This document shows positions 50,084 to 58,391 of a stretch of DNA of 64,000 nt, piece by piece. The position numbers were made by a program, and so were the translations under genes. Position 1 is the stretch's first letter, and each line of letters begins with the position of its first letter. The stretch is from positions 1 through 64,000 of the IMG/VR virus record IMGVR_UViG_3300025416_000002; one strand, 5' to 3'. The stretch is from a virus. Its lineage: Duplodnaviria > Caudoviricetes. The notes under the pieces were generated by a model. The model was given only the letters and a program-made list of their open reading frames with translations. It had not been told where the DNA came from and ran no database searches.

Positions 50084-50159
50084 GCCCCAGTAGCTCAGTG
50101 GACAGAGCTGAACGTTTCTACCGTTTAGGCCGGGGGTTCGAATCCCTCCTGGGGTACCA
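50084..50159 (+). tRNA. trnR: tRNA-Arg(UCU), CCA encoded
   Basis: Acceptor GCCCCAG/CTGGGGT; loop TT-TCT-AC; ACCA end. Confidence 0.93.
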
Positions 50160-50160
50160 A

Positions 50161-50233
50161 GGATGATTAGCTCAATTGGCAGAGCAGGACCTTTACACGG
50201 TCAAGGTTGGGGGTTCGAGTCCATCATCATCCA
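50161..50233 (+). tRNA. trnV: tRNA-Val(UAC) with stem mismatches
   Basis: Acceptor GGATGAT/ATCATCC; loop TT-TAC-AC; G.A mismatches in the anticodon and T stems. Confidence 0.8.
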
Positions 50234-50259
50234 CTGCAGTACACTAGTAAGGAGAAACC

Positions 50260-50583
50260 ATGGGTTATTACTCAAAAGAATTTGCAAAGAATAGTTTGAA
50301 GATCGCATCAGGGTTTGCCATGATGAGCATGGCTAAGACAATGAAGGAGCATAATAGAGAAATGCTAGAGAACCCACAGCCAAGACCAACAGCAGGATCA
50401 GTACGTAGCTATGACTTTGGTATCTATGAAGGTACTGTTGTACGAGTCATCGGTGTGCTATCATCTCTGATGGAAGTCATTCTAAAGAATGACATTGAAG
50501 TAGACCCATACACAATGAAAGAAGCTCAGGAGATCGTTAGCGGTTTCCAGGAGCTGATGGACATGAAGAAAGTAGACAAATAA
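50260..50583 (+). CDS. Hypothetical protein
   Basis: AAGGAG SD; 107 aa. Confidence 0.75.
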   Translation: MGYYSKEFAKNSLKIASGFAMMSMAKTMKEHNREMLENPQPRPTAGSVRSYDFGIYEGTVVRVIGVLSSLMEVILKNDIEVDPYTMKEAQEIVSGFQELMDMKKVDK

Positions 50584-50933
50584 TGGAAATCAAGTTAAGC
50601 GTAAGCATCGGAGCAACTCTCCAAGTCAAGAACGACAAGGGTGAGTGGGACTGGATCAAGCCAGAGGTCGGCTGTGAAGTTAAGCTAGTCGACGGTGAGA
50701 TCAAGGCAGAGACTCTGCCAGTTCAGTTCGCTGCCATGTGGGATGACGTAGTAGGACCACAGTTCGCCAACGTAGTAACGGAGCTGATCGAAGGATCGGT
50801 GCCAAAGCCTGAAGTTGAAGCTGAAGTTGCCGAAGAAGTCGTTGACGAAGCAGAAACCAGCGAAGAGTTCATTGAAAAGCTCACGTCTATCATGGACGAG
50901 AAGCCCAACACTGATGAGGATGACTACTACTGA
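50583..50933 (+). CDS. Acidic hypothetical protein
   Basis: TAATG-coupled; 116 aa. Confidence 0.75.
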   Translation: MEIKLSVSIGATLQVKNDKGEWDWIKPEVGCEVKLVDGEIKAETLPVQFAAMWDDVVGPQFANVVTELIEGSVPKPEVEAEVAEEVVDEAETSEEFIEKLTSIMDEKPNTDEDDYY

Positions 50934-51064
50934 TGAGTGCATTCAATGACTTCGATGTATTTGTAGAGGAGCACATGATTGCCCCAGAAGAGTTGGGTGA
51001 GGCTTTCGCTGCATGGTTGAACTTGCAGACAGGCTGGGATGGAAAGTCTGAGAAAGTAGAGTAA
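50933..51064 (+). CDS. Small hypothetical protein (43 aa)
   Basis: TGATG and TAATG couplings on both sides fill the gap exactly. Confidence 0.65.
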   Translation: MSAFNDFDVFVEEHMIAPEELGEAFAAWLNLQTGWDGKSEKVE

Positions 51065-51618
51065 TGACGGTTATTGCTGCAGCATTGACGATGAGTCATG
51101 GCATTGTAATCGTCGGTGACTCTGAATTGTCTACACCATTTACACGTGACAACGACGGATACAGCAAGGTGTGGGTCGATGAGGAAAACGAAGGCTACAT
51201 TTTCGGTGGAGCTGGCAACCTCAGAGAGCTGCAGATCATCAAGTACCACGTTGCTTGGCCCTACTACCGTGACATCTATCCTGTAGAAGAGTTCGTTGTC
51301 AAAGAAGTGGTTCCCAGGATGCGCGAAGCATTGGTCGATAACGGGATTAAGTTAGAAGAATATGAGAGCTCATTCATCATGGCATGGGATGAAAACCTAG
51401 TGGTTATCGATGAAGACTTTGGCGTTACTATTCCATTCAGTGTGCGTTACGCCATTGGCTCTGGTCAAAGCGAAGCTCTTGGTGCTCTTGGCAATGAGGG
51501 TGGATGGACTAGAGAAGGTGTCATCGAAGCAGCGCATCGTGCCACTGTTACAGCAATCGGTGTCGGCGGTCCTTTGTACGCAGTTGACACCAGAGACTTG
51601 CAAGTAGTGCAAGTATGA
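51064..51618 (+). CDS. Ntn-hydrolase peptidase (HslV/proteasome-beta-like)
   Basis: N-terminal M-T, GDS, SKV Lys at about position 34, AIGSG. Confidence 0.8.
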   Translation: MTVIAAALTMSHGIVIVGDSELSTPFTRDNDGYSKVWVDEENEGYIFGGAGNLRELQIIKYHVAWPYYRDIYPVEEFVVKEVVPRMREALVDNGIKLEEYESSFIMAWDENLVVIDEDFGVTIPFSVRYAIGSGQSEALGALGNEGGWTREGVIEAAHRATVTAIGVGGPLYAVDTRDLQVVQV

Positions 51619-51626
51619 ATTTGTAT

Positions 51627-51655
51627 TTGACATTCCCCTCGGGGACTGCTAACTT
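51627..51655 (+). promoter_or_regulatory. Housekeeping-sigma promoter with a dyad in the spacer
   Basis: TTGACA-17 bp-TAACTT; TCCCC-TC-GGGGA at 51634-51645. Confidence 0.75.
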
Positions 51656-51684
51656 TTATATAACAACCAGTAAGGAGACAAACA

Positions 51685-52374
51685 ATGAAGCAGAATTACA
51701 TTATGCCCCCCAAGAAAGTACCCGTTACTACTCCACTCCAGGAAGTAACGGAACCTACGTTTGGGGAAACTACTAAGGCTCCAACACGAGCTGACATTCG
51801 TCGTACCTCTTCCAACGAAGAAGGCATGATCATTGCAGTGGAAGCGTTCGGTGCACTCAACGAAGTGCTGTACGCAACTGACATCAGCAATGTAGTGCCT
51901 CTCGCTCCTGAGGAGATCGACGTTCTTGCTACCGAATTGGTAGCTGTACGTAACGCCAAGGACATCGTCGAAGGTCGTGAGGCTGCTCTCAAGAAGTATG
52001 CCACCGACCTCATCAACCTGAAGATCGAGATGAACGGCGAAGACCCAATCTCAAGCAGTGGCTACCTTGTTAGCCCCGAGAATGGCGTTAAGCTTTCCAA
52101 GGAAGTCTCTGGTGGTAAGCTCACCGTTGATGTCGATGTACTCGAGACCATTCTGGACGAGGAACAGTTCCACTCTGTTACCAACCTTATCCACAACTAC
52201 CGCACCATCACCTACCCTGATGGCAAGACTGTAGAAGAGACTACCGTTACACGTGAGCTGAACGAGGAAGCACTAGAGAAGCAGCTCAAGCTCGGTAACA
52301 TTGGCATGGAGCAGATCGTCAAGGCAACTACTCCAGGTAAGGTACGTTCAGCCTTCTATGTCAGAAGCCTCTAG
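51685..52374 (+). CDS. Hypothetical protein
   Basis: AAGGAG SD; 229 aa; strong codon bias. Confidence 0.8.
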   Translation: MKQNYIMPPKKVPVTTPLQEVTEPTFGETTKAPTRADIRRTSSNEEGMIIAVEAFGALNEVLYATDISNVVPLAPEEIDVLATELVAVRNAKDIVEGREAALKKYATDLINLKIEMNGEDPISSSGYLVSPENGVKLSKEVSGGKLTVDVDVLETILDEEQFHSVTNLIHNYRTITYPDGKTVEETTVTRELNEEALEKQLKLGNIGMEQIVKATTPGKVRSAFYVRSL

Positions 52375-52708
52375 CAAGAGACCTGTAATACGTGATGACC
52401 TTGCTATATACACGCAAGGTATGGCTGCAGCGTTCTTTGACCTTACACCTGAAGCGTTCCGGTTCAAGGAGCGTTATTACAAGCATGTGTTTGAGCCTCA
52501 AAGAACTGCTGCAGGCACACGTATATATAGCTTAAATGACATTCTAAAGATTGCCCACACTCTGAGAAAAGACAACAAGATGACTGACCGCCAGCTGCGG
52601 TTAATAGTCTTGAGGGTGGATGCCTTTAAGGAACCTGTTAAGAAACACCGCAAGAAATATCGTAAAGGCAACATACCTGATGAAAAAAAGCACACTCCTT
52701 TTAATTGA
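52358..52708 (+). CDS. MerR-like helix-turn-helix regulator
   Basis: YTQGMAAAFFDLTPEAFRFKE...PQRTAAGTRIYSLNDI. Confidence 0.75.
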   Translation: MSEASSKRPVIRDDLAIYTQGMAAAFFDLTPEAFRFKERYYKHVFEPQRTAAGTRIYSLNDILKIAHTLRKDNKMTDRQLRLIVLRVDAFKEPVKKHRKKYRKGNIPDEKKHTPFN

Positions 52709-53633
52709 CGGTCACAACATCTTCATCCGTAGCTTTAGTGGTCTTATGCGCCACGGTCTTAGCGCACCCAATGGAGAAGGTACCTGGGGAGCATACGGTG
52801 CGTACAACGTACTAACCAGTATGATCCGCAAGTATGACCCAAGCCACGTACTCATCGCATTCGATAAGGGCCGGAGCACCAAGCGTCTAGCCATTGATCC
52901 AGAGTACAAGGCCAACCGTCACAAGCCAAGCGACAAGCCACGCAACCCGACAGACGAGGCGTTCTCTACGGAGTTCAAGCCACAGCTCGGTACGTTTATG
53001 AACCTCTGTCTTAAGAGTGGAGTACCGTTCATGAGTCTGGACGGTGTGGAGGCCGATGACATCATCGCCACTGCTGCACTTAAGCACCAGACTGTATTCG
53101 ATAAGATCGTTATCGTCAGTGCTGACCACGACCTTCACCAGTTGATCCGTCCTAACATCATCGTTGTCAAGCCAAGCATCAGCTACCGTGACATCGAAGC
53201 TGAAATCTATGACATGGAGTCAGTCAAGAATGAGTGGGGTGTAGAGCCATCTAGGCTATCTGAGATCTGGGCACTCATGGGTGACAAGGGTGACAACATC
53301 AAGGGCATCCAGGGTGTTGGCCCTAAGAAGGCCACCAAGCTTATTGCAGACCATGGAGATCTCGAGTCGGTGCTTAACCTGGATGACGAGAAGATCAAGA
53401 ACAACATTGATGTAGTTCGTAAGGCCAAGTCATTGATCGAGCTGGGCATCGATGAGACGCTACCATTCCCACCACTCGGTGACCTGCAGTTCCACCCAGT
53501 TGAACATGGTTCAGCCAACGCAGGAGCTCTCGAAGAGTTGTTCGTGAACCTGGGCTTTACTCAGATCCGAAGCAAGTGGTTCCACCGTAACCTGTGGGCT
53601 GAGACGAGAGGGTTTGGCAGAAGCCTACTGTAA
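52680..53633 (+). CDS. 5'-3' exonuclease / flap endonuclease (PolA N-terminal type)
   Basis: LLIDGHN, FDKG, YKANR, EADDIIA, SADHD, GDKGDNIKGIQGVG. Confidence 0.92.
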   Translation: MKKSTLLLIDGHNIFIRSFSGLMRHGLSAPNGEGTWGAYGAYNVLTSMIRKYDPSHVLIAFDKGRSTKRLAIDPEYKANRHKPSDKPRNPTDEAFSTEFKPQLGTFMNLCLKSGVPFMSLDGVEADDIIATAALKHQTVFDKIVIVSADHDLHQLIRPNIIVVKPSISYRDIEAEIYDMESVKNEWGVEPSRLSEIWALMGDKGDNIKGIQGVGPKKATKLIADHGDLESVLNLDDEKIKNNIDVVRKAKSLIELGIDETLPFPPLGDLQFHPVEHGSANAGALEELFVNLGFTQIRSKWFHRNLWAETRGFGRSLL

Positions 53634-54682
53634 TGGCAAGCTGGATCGTTAACCCATCACTGGATATGCCAGAAGTGCTCGAGCAATACGGACGCTTCCT
53701 GGAAAATGACTACCGCATGGTCATTGAATCGATGCGTGTGCCTAACTCTTTTGATGAATACTCCGAGCAAACAGGCAGAAGGTTTATCATCGTTGGTGGC
53801 AAGGAACGTCCAGGGCTCATCGCTAAGAGCGTTTTCCTTTGCCTTAAGCTAGCTGGGCCGGAGAGCATTGCTGTCTACACACCGTATCTGGATGAGATGT
53901 TCCTTGTACAGAACGTGCTCGAGAACTATGGTGAAGGCGTGCGCTCTAAGCAGTTCGCTAGCCATCATGACTTCCTAAGCATCAGCCCAGAATGGCGTGA
54001 TGAGATTGACAATGCCACCGACATCATTGTGTATGGTGATGACAATGCCATCAGCCTCTGGAGAGACTACGAGACTGTAGATCGACACGTGTGGGAGCAT
54101 GGCTATACCTTTAGCTTTGGCATCGTAGACGCCAAGACGTTGACTCGGTCTATGGTTAACGAGGTGTGCTTCGACTTCTTCTGTTTCTACGGTGAGGGAA
54201 GGCTGGCACCTAAGTTCTACTTCGTGATCGGCAACTACTCAGAGAAGCTCGTCGAGATGTTCGCCATGAATATGATTGTCAACTTCGGTTTCATCATCAA
54301 CGAATACAGAGCGAAGCTGCCATTGACGCGCAGGAGCGACCTTACTCGTGAGATGTTGAACGCACCGTACTCTGCAAAATATGTACGCGTAGACGATTTG
54401 AATTCTGACACTATGTTTGATAGTCTGTACGGAGACGTTCGTTTGGTTTTCGTTGACAACGTCAGTGAGATTGAAGAGTTCGTAGAGAAGTGGGCCGACA
54501 ACATCGGAACAGTCGCAATTGACTGGGATGATGACGAGGACATTATCAACGTGCTTGAAGAGTATATGGTGCCTCGCATCTGTCACATTGGTGACATGCA
54601 GTTCCCAGATTTCTTCGAGCAGTACGATGGTCTTGACGATTTCAGCGTATATGTCAGCGATGGCTTCGAAGGTCTTAACTAG
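53633..54682 (+). CDS. LuxC/acyl-CoA reductase-like protein lacking the catalytic Cys
   Basis: DIIVYGDDNAI, HGYTFSFGIV, DFFCFYGEG-R-LAP and RICHIGDMQFP...YDG follow the LuxC motif order. Confidence 0.65.
   Translation: MASWIVNPSLDMPEVLEQYGRFLENDYRMVIESMRVPNSFDEYSEQTGRRFIIVGGKERPGLIAKSVFLCLKLAGPESIAVYTPYLDEMFLVQNVLENYGEGVRSKQFASHHDFLSISPEWRDEIDNATDIIVYGDDNAISLWRDYETVDRHVWEHGYTFSFGIVDAKTLTRSMVNEVCFDFFCFYGEGRLAPKFYFVIGNYSEKLVEMFAMNMIVNFGFIINEYRAKLPLTRRSDLTREMLNAPYSAKYVRVDDLNSDTMFDSLYGDVRLVFVDNVSEIEEFVEKWADNIGTVAIDWDDDEDIINVLEEYMVPRICHIGDMQFPDFFEQYDGLDDFSVYVSDGFEGLN
54398..54426 (+). promoter_or_regulatory. Internal promoter, probably for the downstream replication operon
   Basis: TTGAAT-17 bp-TAGTCT with TG extension, in a local AT-shifted codon patch. 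Confidence 0.6.
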
Positions 54683-54700
54683 ATAAGTAAGGAGAAAGAA

Positions 54701-54928
54701 ATGAAAGAATTGCAAGAGCTCCGTAAGAAGCTTTACGATCAATGGGAAATGGTCCGAGAACTTGGTGGTGAATGGAACGCTGGCTATGAGCAAGCACTCC
54801 GCTTTGCCATCTCTGCTGTCTACGATCAGATCCGCTTGCTCGAGCGAGCTCAGCAGAAGCCTCAGCACCACGATCAGCCAAGGAAGAAAGACTACGGCAA
54901 CTGGGAAATCCGGAAGGACTACAAGTAA
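54701..54928 (+). CDS. Small helical protein
   Basis: AAGGAG SD; 75 aa. Confidence 0.75.
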   Translation: MKELQELRKKLYDQWEMVRELGGEWNAGYEQALRFAISAVYDQIRLLERAQQKPQHHDQPRKKDYGNWEIRKDYK

Positions 54929-55236
54929 TGTCATCTCTTGATTTCTCATCTAAGATCGAAAGACGTAAGAAGATCGAAGATCGTATGAATAGCCTATCTG
55001 AGTCGAGACTCATGGCAGTGTCACTGTTCATCGTCCTCGTGCTGGCATTCGTCGTGATCGTTCCGGTATCAATCGTGGCTTTGCCATTCATGCTTGCATG
55101 GGATACCACAAAGGCTCTGTTGGAAGTGCTCAAGAAGAAGAAGGCAAAAGAGGAGAACCCTTTCCTCGTTGACTTCAACAGTCTTGACAACGTAACAATG
55201 GATTTAAAAAACTGGTTTAACATAGGGAATGATTAA
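54928..55236 (+). CDS. Membrane protein
   Basis: Long hydrophobic segment LMAVSLFIVLVLAFVVIVPVSIVALPFMLAW. Confidence 0.75.
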   Translation: MSSLDFSSKIERRKKIEDRMNSLSESRLMAVSLFIVLVLAFVVIVPVSIVALPFMLAWDTTKALLEVLKKKKAKEENPFLVDFNSLDNVTMDLKNWFNIGND

Positions 55237-55613
55237 TGGAAAAGAAGTTGGCACAATCAGGTGATATGGTCTTCGAAAGAAACCTTGCTATCATCGCAGG
55301 CAGACGCCAGGAAGTACAGATCTTCAGTGATGGATTCGTTTACAAGGGCTACATGTGTGGCCTGGACGAACAGTGGATCCAGCTGTACGGTCACGAAGAG
55401 AACGATCAGAATGACTACGATGCTCAATGGAGATTCCTGTTGATTAACAGGATCAACATCTCGGCTATTGGTCCTAACGGTAAGAACCTGACCGACCTTG
55501 ACGACGAGACTCGTGAGTGGGTGAGCAAGAAGATTCAGATCTTCTCAGATGTTTGTGATAAGTTTGGTTCAGTAAGAGGAGTAAAGAACCATGACGGAAA
55601 AGAAAAGTTTTGA
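55236..55613 (+). CDS. Sm/Hfq-like fold protein (putative RNA-binding)
   Basis: EVQIFSDGFVYKGYMCGLDEQWIQL (Sm1-like) and LLINRINISAI (Sm2-like). Confidence 0.5.
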   Translation: MEKKLAQSGDMVFERNLAIIAGRRQEVQIFSDGFVYKGYMCGLDEQWIQLYGHEENDQNDYDAQWRFLLINRINISAIGPNGKNLTDLDDETREWVSKKIQIFSDVCDKFGSVRGVKNHDGKEKF

Positions 55614-56055
55614 TGGTAATCCAGCGAACTATGATGACGATAGCTACGATGAAGTCGTTGAGGTCAAAGTCATTGAGAGCAAGGAAGAACTGGTAGCAAG
55701 CATCGATCTGGTTAACGCCAGTCCTCGCGACCTACTGCTGTACTTCTCTGATCGTTTCAAAGAGAAGCACGGCTATACCTACAATATTGAGTGGGTGAAA
55801 GAAACATCCATCTTCAAGAGCTTCAAAGAACGTTACGGTGTTGACGCTGGTCCGATGATCGCCTTGCTGTTTGACAAGCACGGTGGTAAGCTGAACGACC
55901 TGGTGATGACCGCAACAGCATTCAGTAAGGGTAGCAAGTGGATACAAGACACTTTGTACATTGAGCTACAGCAACAAAAACTCAAAGAACAAAACCGCAA
56001 TAGTACGGAAGGATTGATGAATACAGATGACTTCATTGAACGATTCGCTTTTTGA
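55591..56055 (+). CDS. Putative replication initiator/loader accessory protein
   Basis: Directly upstream of the DnaC-like ATPase; AGAGGAG SD. Confidence 0.5.
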   Translation: MTEKKSFDGNPANYDDDSYDEVVEVKVIESKEELVASIDLVNASPRDLLLYFSDRFKEKHGYTYNIEWVKETSIFKSFKERYGVDAGPMIALLFDKHGGKLNDLVMTATAFSKGSKWIQDTLYIELQQQKLKEQNRNSTEGLMNTDDFIERFAF

Positions 56056-56827
56056 TTGGGAGAAGGATTACGTAAACCTCAAGTACGAGTTCCTTGAAGA
56101 CGAGGAGGTTGACTACCTTGAGCAGAAGTATCCCCAGTTCGAGAAGTTCGCTAAGCAAGGTTGCCCTACGTGTCTCGACAACACGTGCGGTGACTGCAAG
56201 TATCAGCTTCAGTTGTACAAGCACTACTCACGTGCAGGCATTGGCCTGAACTACCAGCGTCTCAGCTGGGAAGATTTCCAGGGTGACGAGAAGGCTTTGG
56301 CGTTGGCTAGGATCTACCTTGGCCAGCACAAGGAGTTCGTCAAGGGTGGTATGGGTATCCTCTACCATGGCACCTGGGGTACTGGTAAGACACTGCTCAC
56401 TAGCCTTATCGCTAAGGAGCTTGTCAAGCTGGGCTACAGTGTCTACTTTGCTACGTTCACCCAGATGGTTGACGAGTTCACCCGTGGTTGGGGTAGCAAC
56501 GATGACAAGGCACGCTTCGAGAGCAAGGTCGTTAAGAGCGACGTGTTCTTCCTGGACGACATTGGTAAGGAGTTCCGCACCAAGAACAACCTGAGTGAAG
56601 CAACGTTTGACCACGTCATGCGTCAGCGTGCACTGGACAACCGTCCAACGTTCATCACTACCAACATGGGCATTGATGAGTTGATGGAAGGCTACGGTGG
56701 TGCTATATTCTCTCTCCTGAAGGAGCGGGTGATCGAGCACAACATGACTGGCATCGACTATCGTGAGTACGCACGCAACCGTACGCTTGACGAAATTAAG
56801 TATGGAACAGTAAGGAAGATCCTGTAA
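56027..56827 (+). CDS. DnaC/IstB-like AAA+ helicase loader
   Basis: CPTC...CGDC zinc motif; GTWGTGKT; FFLDDIGKE; TFITTN. Confidence 0.9.
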   Translation: MTSLNDSLFDWEKDYVNLKYEFLEDEEVDYLEQKYPQFEKFAKQGCPTCLDNTCGDCKYQLQLYKHYSRAGIGLNYQRLSWEDFQGDEKALALARIYLGQHKEFVKGGMGILYHGTWGTGKTLLTSLIAKELVKLGYSVYFATFTQMVDEFTRGWGSNDDKARFESKVVKSDVFFLDDIGKEFRTKNNLSEATFDHVMRQRALDNRPTFITTNMGIDELMEGYGGAIFSLLKERVIEHNMTGIDYREYARNRTLDEIKYGTVRKIL

Positions 56828-58107
56828 TGGACATTGAAAAGAGTTTGGTTCGGCACTTTGCCAACCTCGATAGCTTTAACGAAATTTGGAACAAGGGGAT
56901 CCGCAGCGAGCACTTCTTCGATGATGGTGTGCGTGAGCTGTTTGACTACAGCCTTGACTACTACATCCGTAGCGAGTTCAAGAGCACGGTAGACCAAGAC
57001 TTCCTGGAGACCAAGTTCGCTGACTACTTCGTACGTAACGAGTGGCCAGAGGAAGAGTACCTGGTAGGCGTTCTCATTGAAGAAATGATGACTAAGTACC
57101 GCAAGGCTACAACTCAAAGCGTCCTATTGAAGGCAGCAACAGCGTTGGAGTCAGACCCTGAGTCTGGCATTGCACTGGCATTGAATAGCTTGTCCAAGAT
57201 CCAAAACGACACTAGTACTCGTGAGCGTCTTGAGGTCTACGGTGAGGGCTATGACCGCCGTGTCAACAACTACCTTGAGGAAGTCGCCAACCCTACCCGT
57301 GACAAGAAGGGTATCTACCTGGGCTGGGATGAACTGAACGATCACATGTACGGGATCCAGAAGGGTGAGCTTGCGGTTGTCGTGGGTATCCCAAACGTAG
57401 GTAAGTCGTGGGTGGGCTCAGTCATCGCTCTTGAGGCAGCACGTCGCAAGAACAAGGTCTACTTTGCATCGCTGGAGCTCCGTAAGGAACTGACACTGAT
57501 GCGTCTGGACTGCTTGGCTAGTGGTGTACCCTACAGCCGTTACGAGCGTGGGCAGCTTACTCCCAATGAGCTTCGTCGTCTCAAGGAAGCACGTGAAGAG
57601 ATCATGGAGTTTGGTGAGTACCTGATGATCGACTCGCCAGCACGTAAGAACGAGCGTAGCGTCTTGGAGCTGTACTCCAAGGCTAAGCACTGGGGTGCTG
57701 ACATGGTCGTGGGTGACCAGTTGTCATGGGTTACCACCGAGAAGTCGTACGGTAGCTCGAGCAACGTGCAGTCCCTGCAGATGGCAGAAGTCATCACCGA
57801 CATTGCCAGTACCAACCGTGAGATGGGTATGGCATCCGTGTGGCTCGCACAGTTTAACCGTGAAGCTATGAAGAACAAGAAGGGTCGAGGTGGCCTAGGC
57901 AACATTGGTCTCTCCTCACAGATCGAACAGATCGTGGACATGGCCATTGGTATCGGTGCTACCCGAGAGATGAAGCAGCAGGAAGCTCTCGTCATGGACA
58001 TCATGAAGTCTCGTCGTAGTGACCTTAAGTCCTGGATGATGGGCTTCGAGCTCAAGGACCGCACTAGCTTAAAGGTTGTCCGTGAGTACGAGGATGCTAC
58101 AGAGTGA
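56827..58107 (+). CDS. dnaB: DnaB-like replicative helicase
   Basis: GIPNVGKS, SLEL, VGDQL, LAQFNR, SSQIEQIVD. Confidence 0.92.
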   Translation: MDIEKSLVRHFANLDSFNEIWNKGIRSEHFFDDGVRELFDYSLDYYIRSEFKSTVDQDFLETKFADYFVRNEWPEEEYLVGVLIEEMMTKYRKATTQSVLLKAATALESDPESGIALALNSLSKIQNDTSTRERLEVYGEGYDRRVNNYLEEVANPTRDKKGIYLGWDELNDHMYGIQKGELAVVVGIPNVGKSWVGSVIALEAARRKNKVYFASLELRKELTLMRLDCLASGVPYSRYERGQLTPNELRRLKEAREEIMEFGEYLMIDSPARKNERSVLELYSKAKHWGADMVVGDQLSWVTTEKSYGSSSNVQSLQMAEVITDIASTNREMGMASVWLAQFNREAMKNKKGRGGLGNIGLSSQIEQIVDMAIGIGATREMKQQEALVMDIMKSRRSDLKSWMMGFELKDRTSLKVVREYEDATE

Positions 58108-58256
58108 CACGTAAGCAGTTGTACGAGAAGCATCAGCCTATCTTCCAGAATCAAGGGCGTAAGGGCAACGTTAACTACTGTGTAGGTTGCAAGGGCCCAA
58201 ACAACACCCTGATCCAGAAGTGGCCGTGCGATGTCATTAGGGCATTAGATGCGTAA
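58104..58256 (+). CDS. Small CxxC...WPC protein (50 aa)
   Basis: GTG overlaps the dnaB stop; CVGC...KWPCDVIRAL. Confidence 0.6.
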   Translation: MTRKQLYEKHQPIFQNQGRKGNVNYCVGCKGPNNTLIQKWPCDVIRALDA

Positions 58257-58391
58257 GAATGAAAGAGGTTTCTGGGAGTGCAGACTACCCATCAACCCAA
58301 TGAAACACCCAAGTAAGCTACATGAACAGGCATTAAACGACCTCAGCCCAAGGGATCGTGAGCTCATAGAGAACATTAAGGACGATTTGAA

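Noticed and set aside
57080-57230. Codon-shifted patch in dnaB
   Set aside because: The +1 frame has several stops and no full promoter match was found; this shows that patches alone do not prove overprinting
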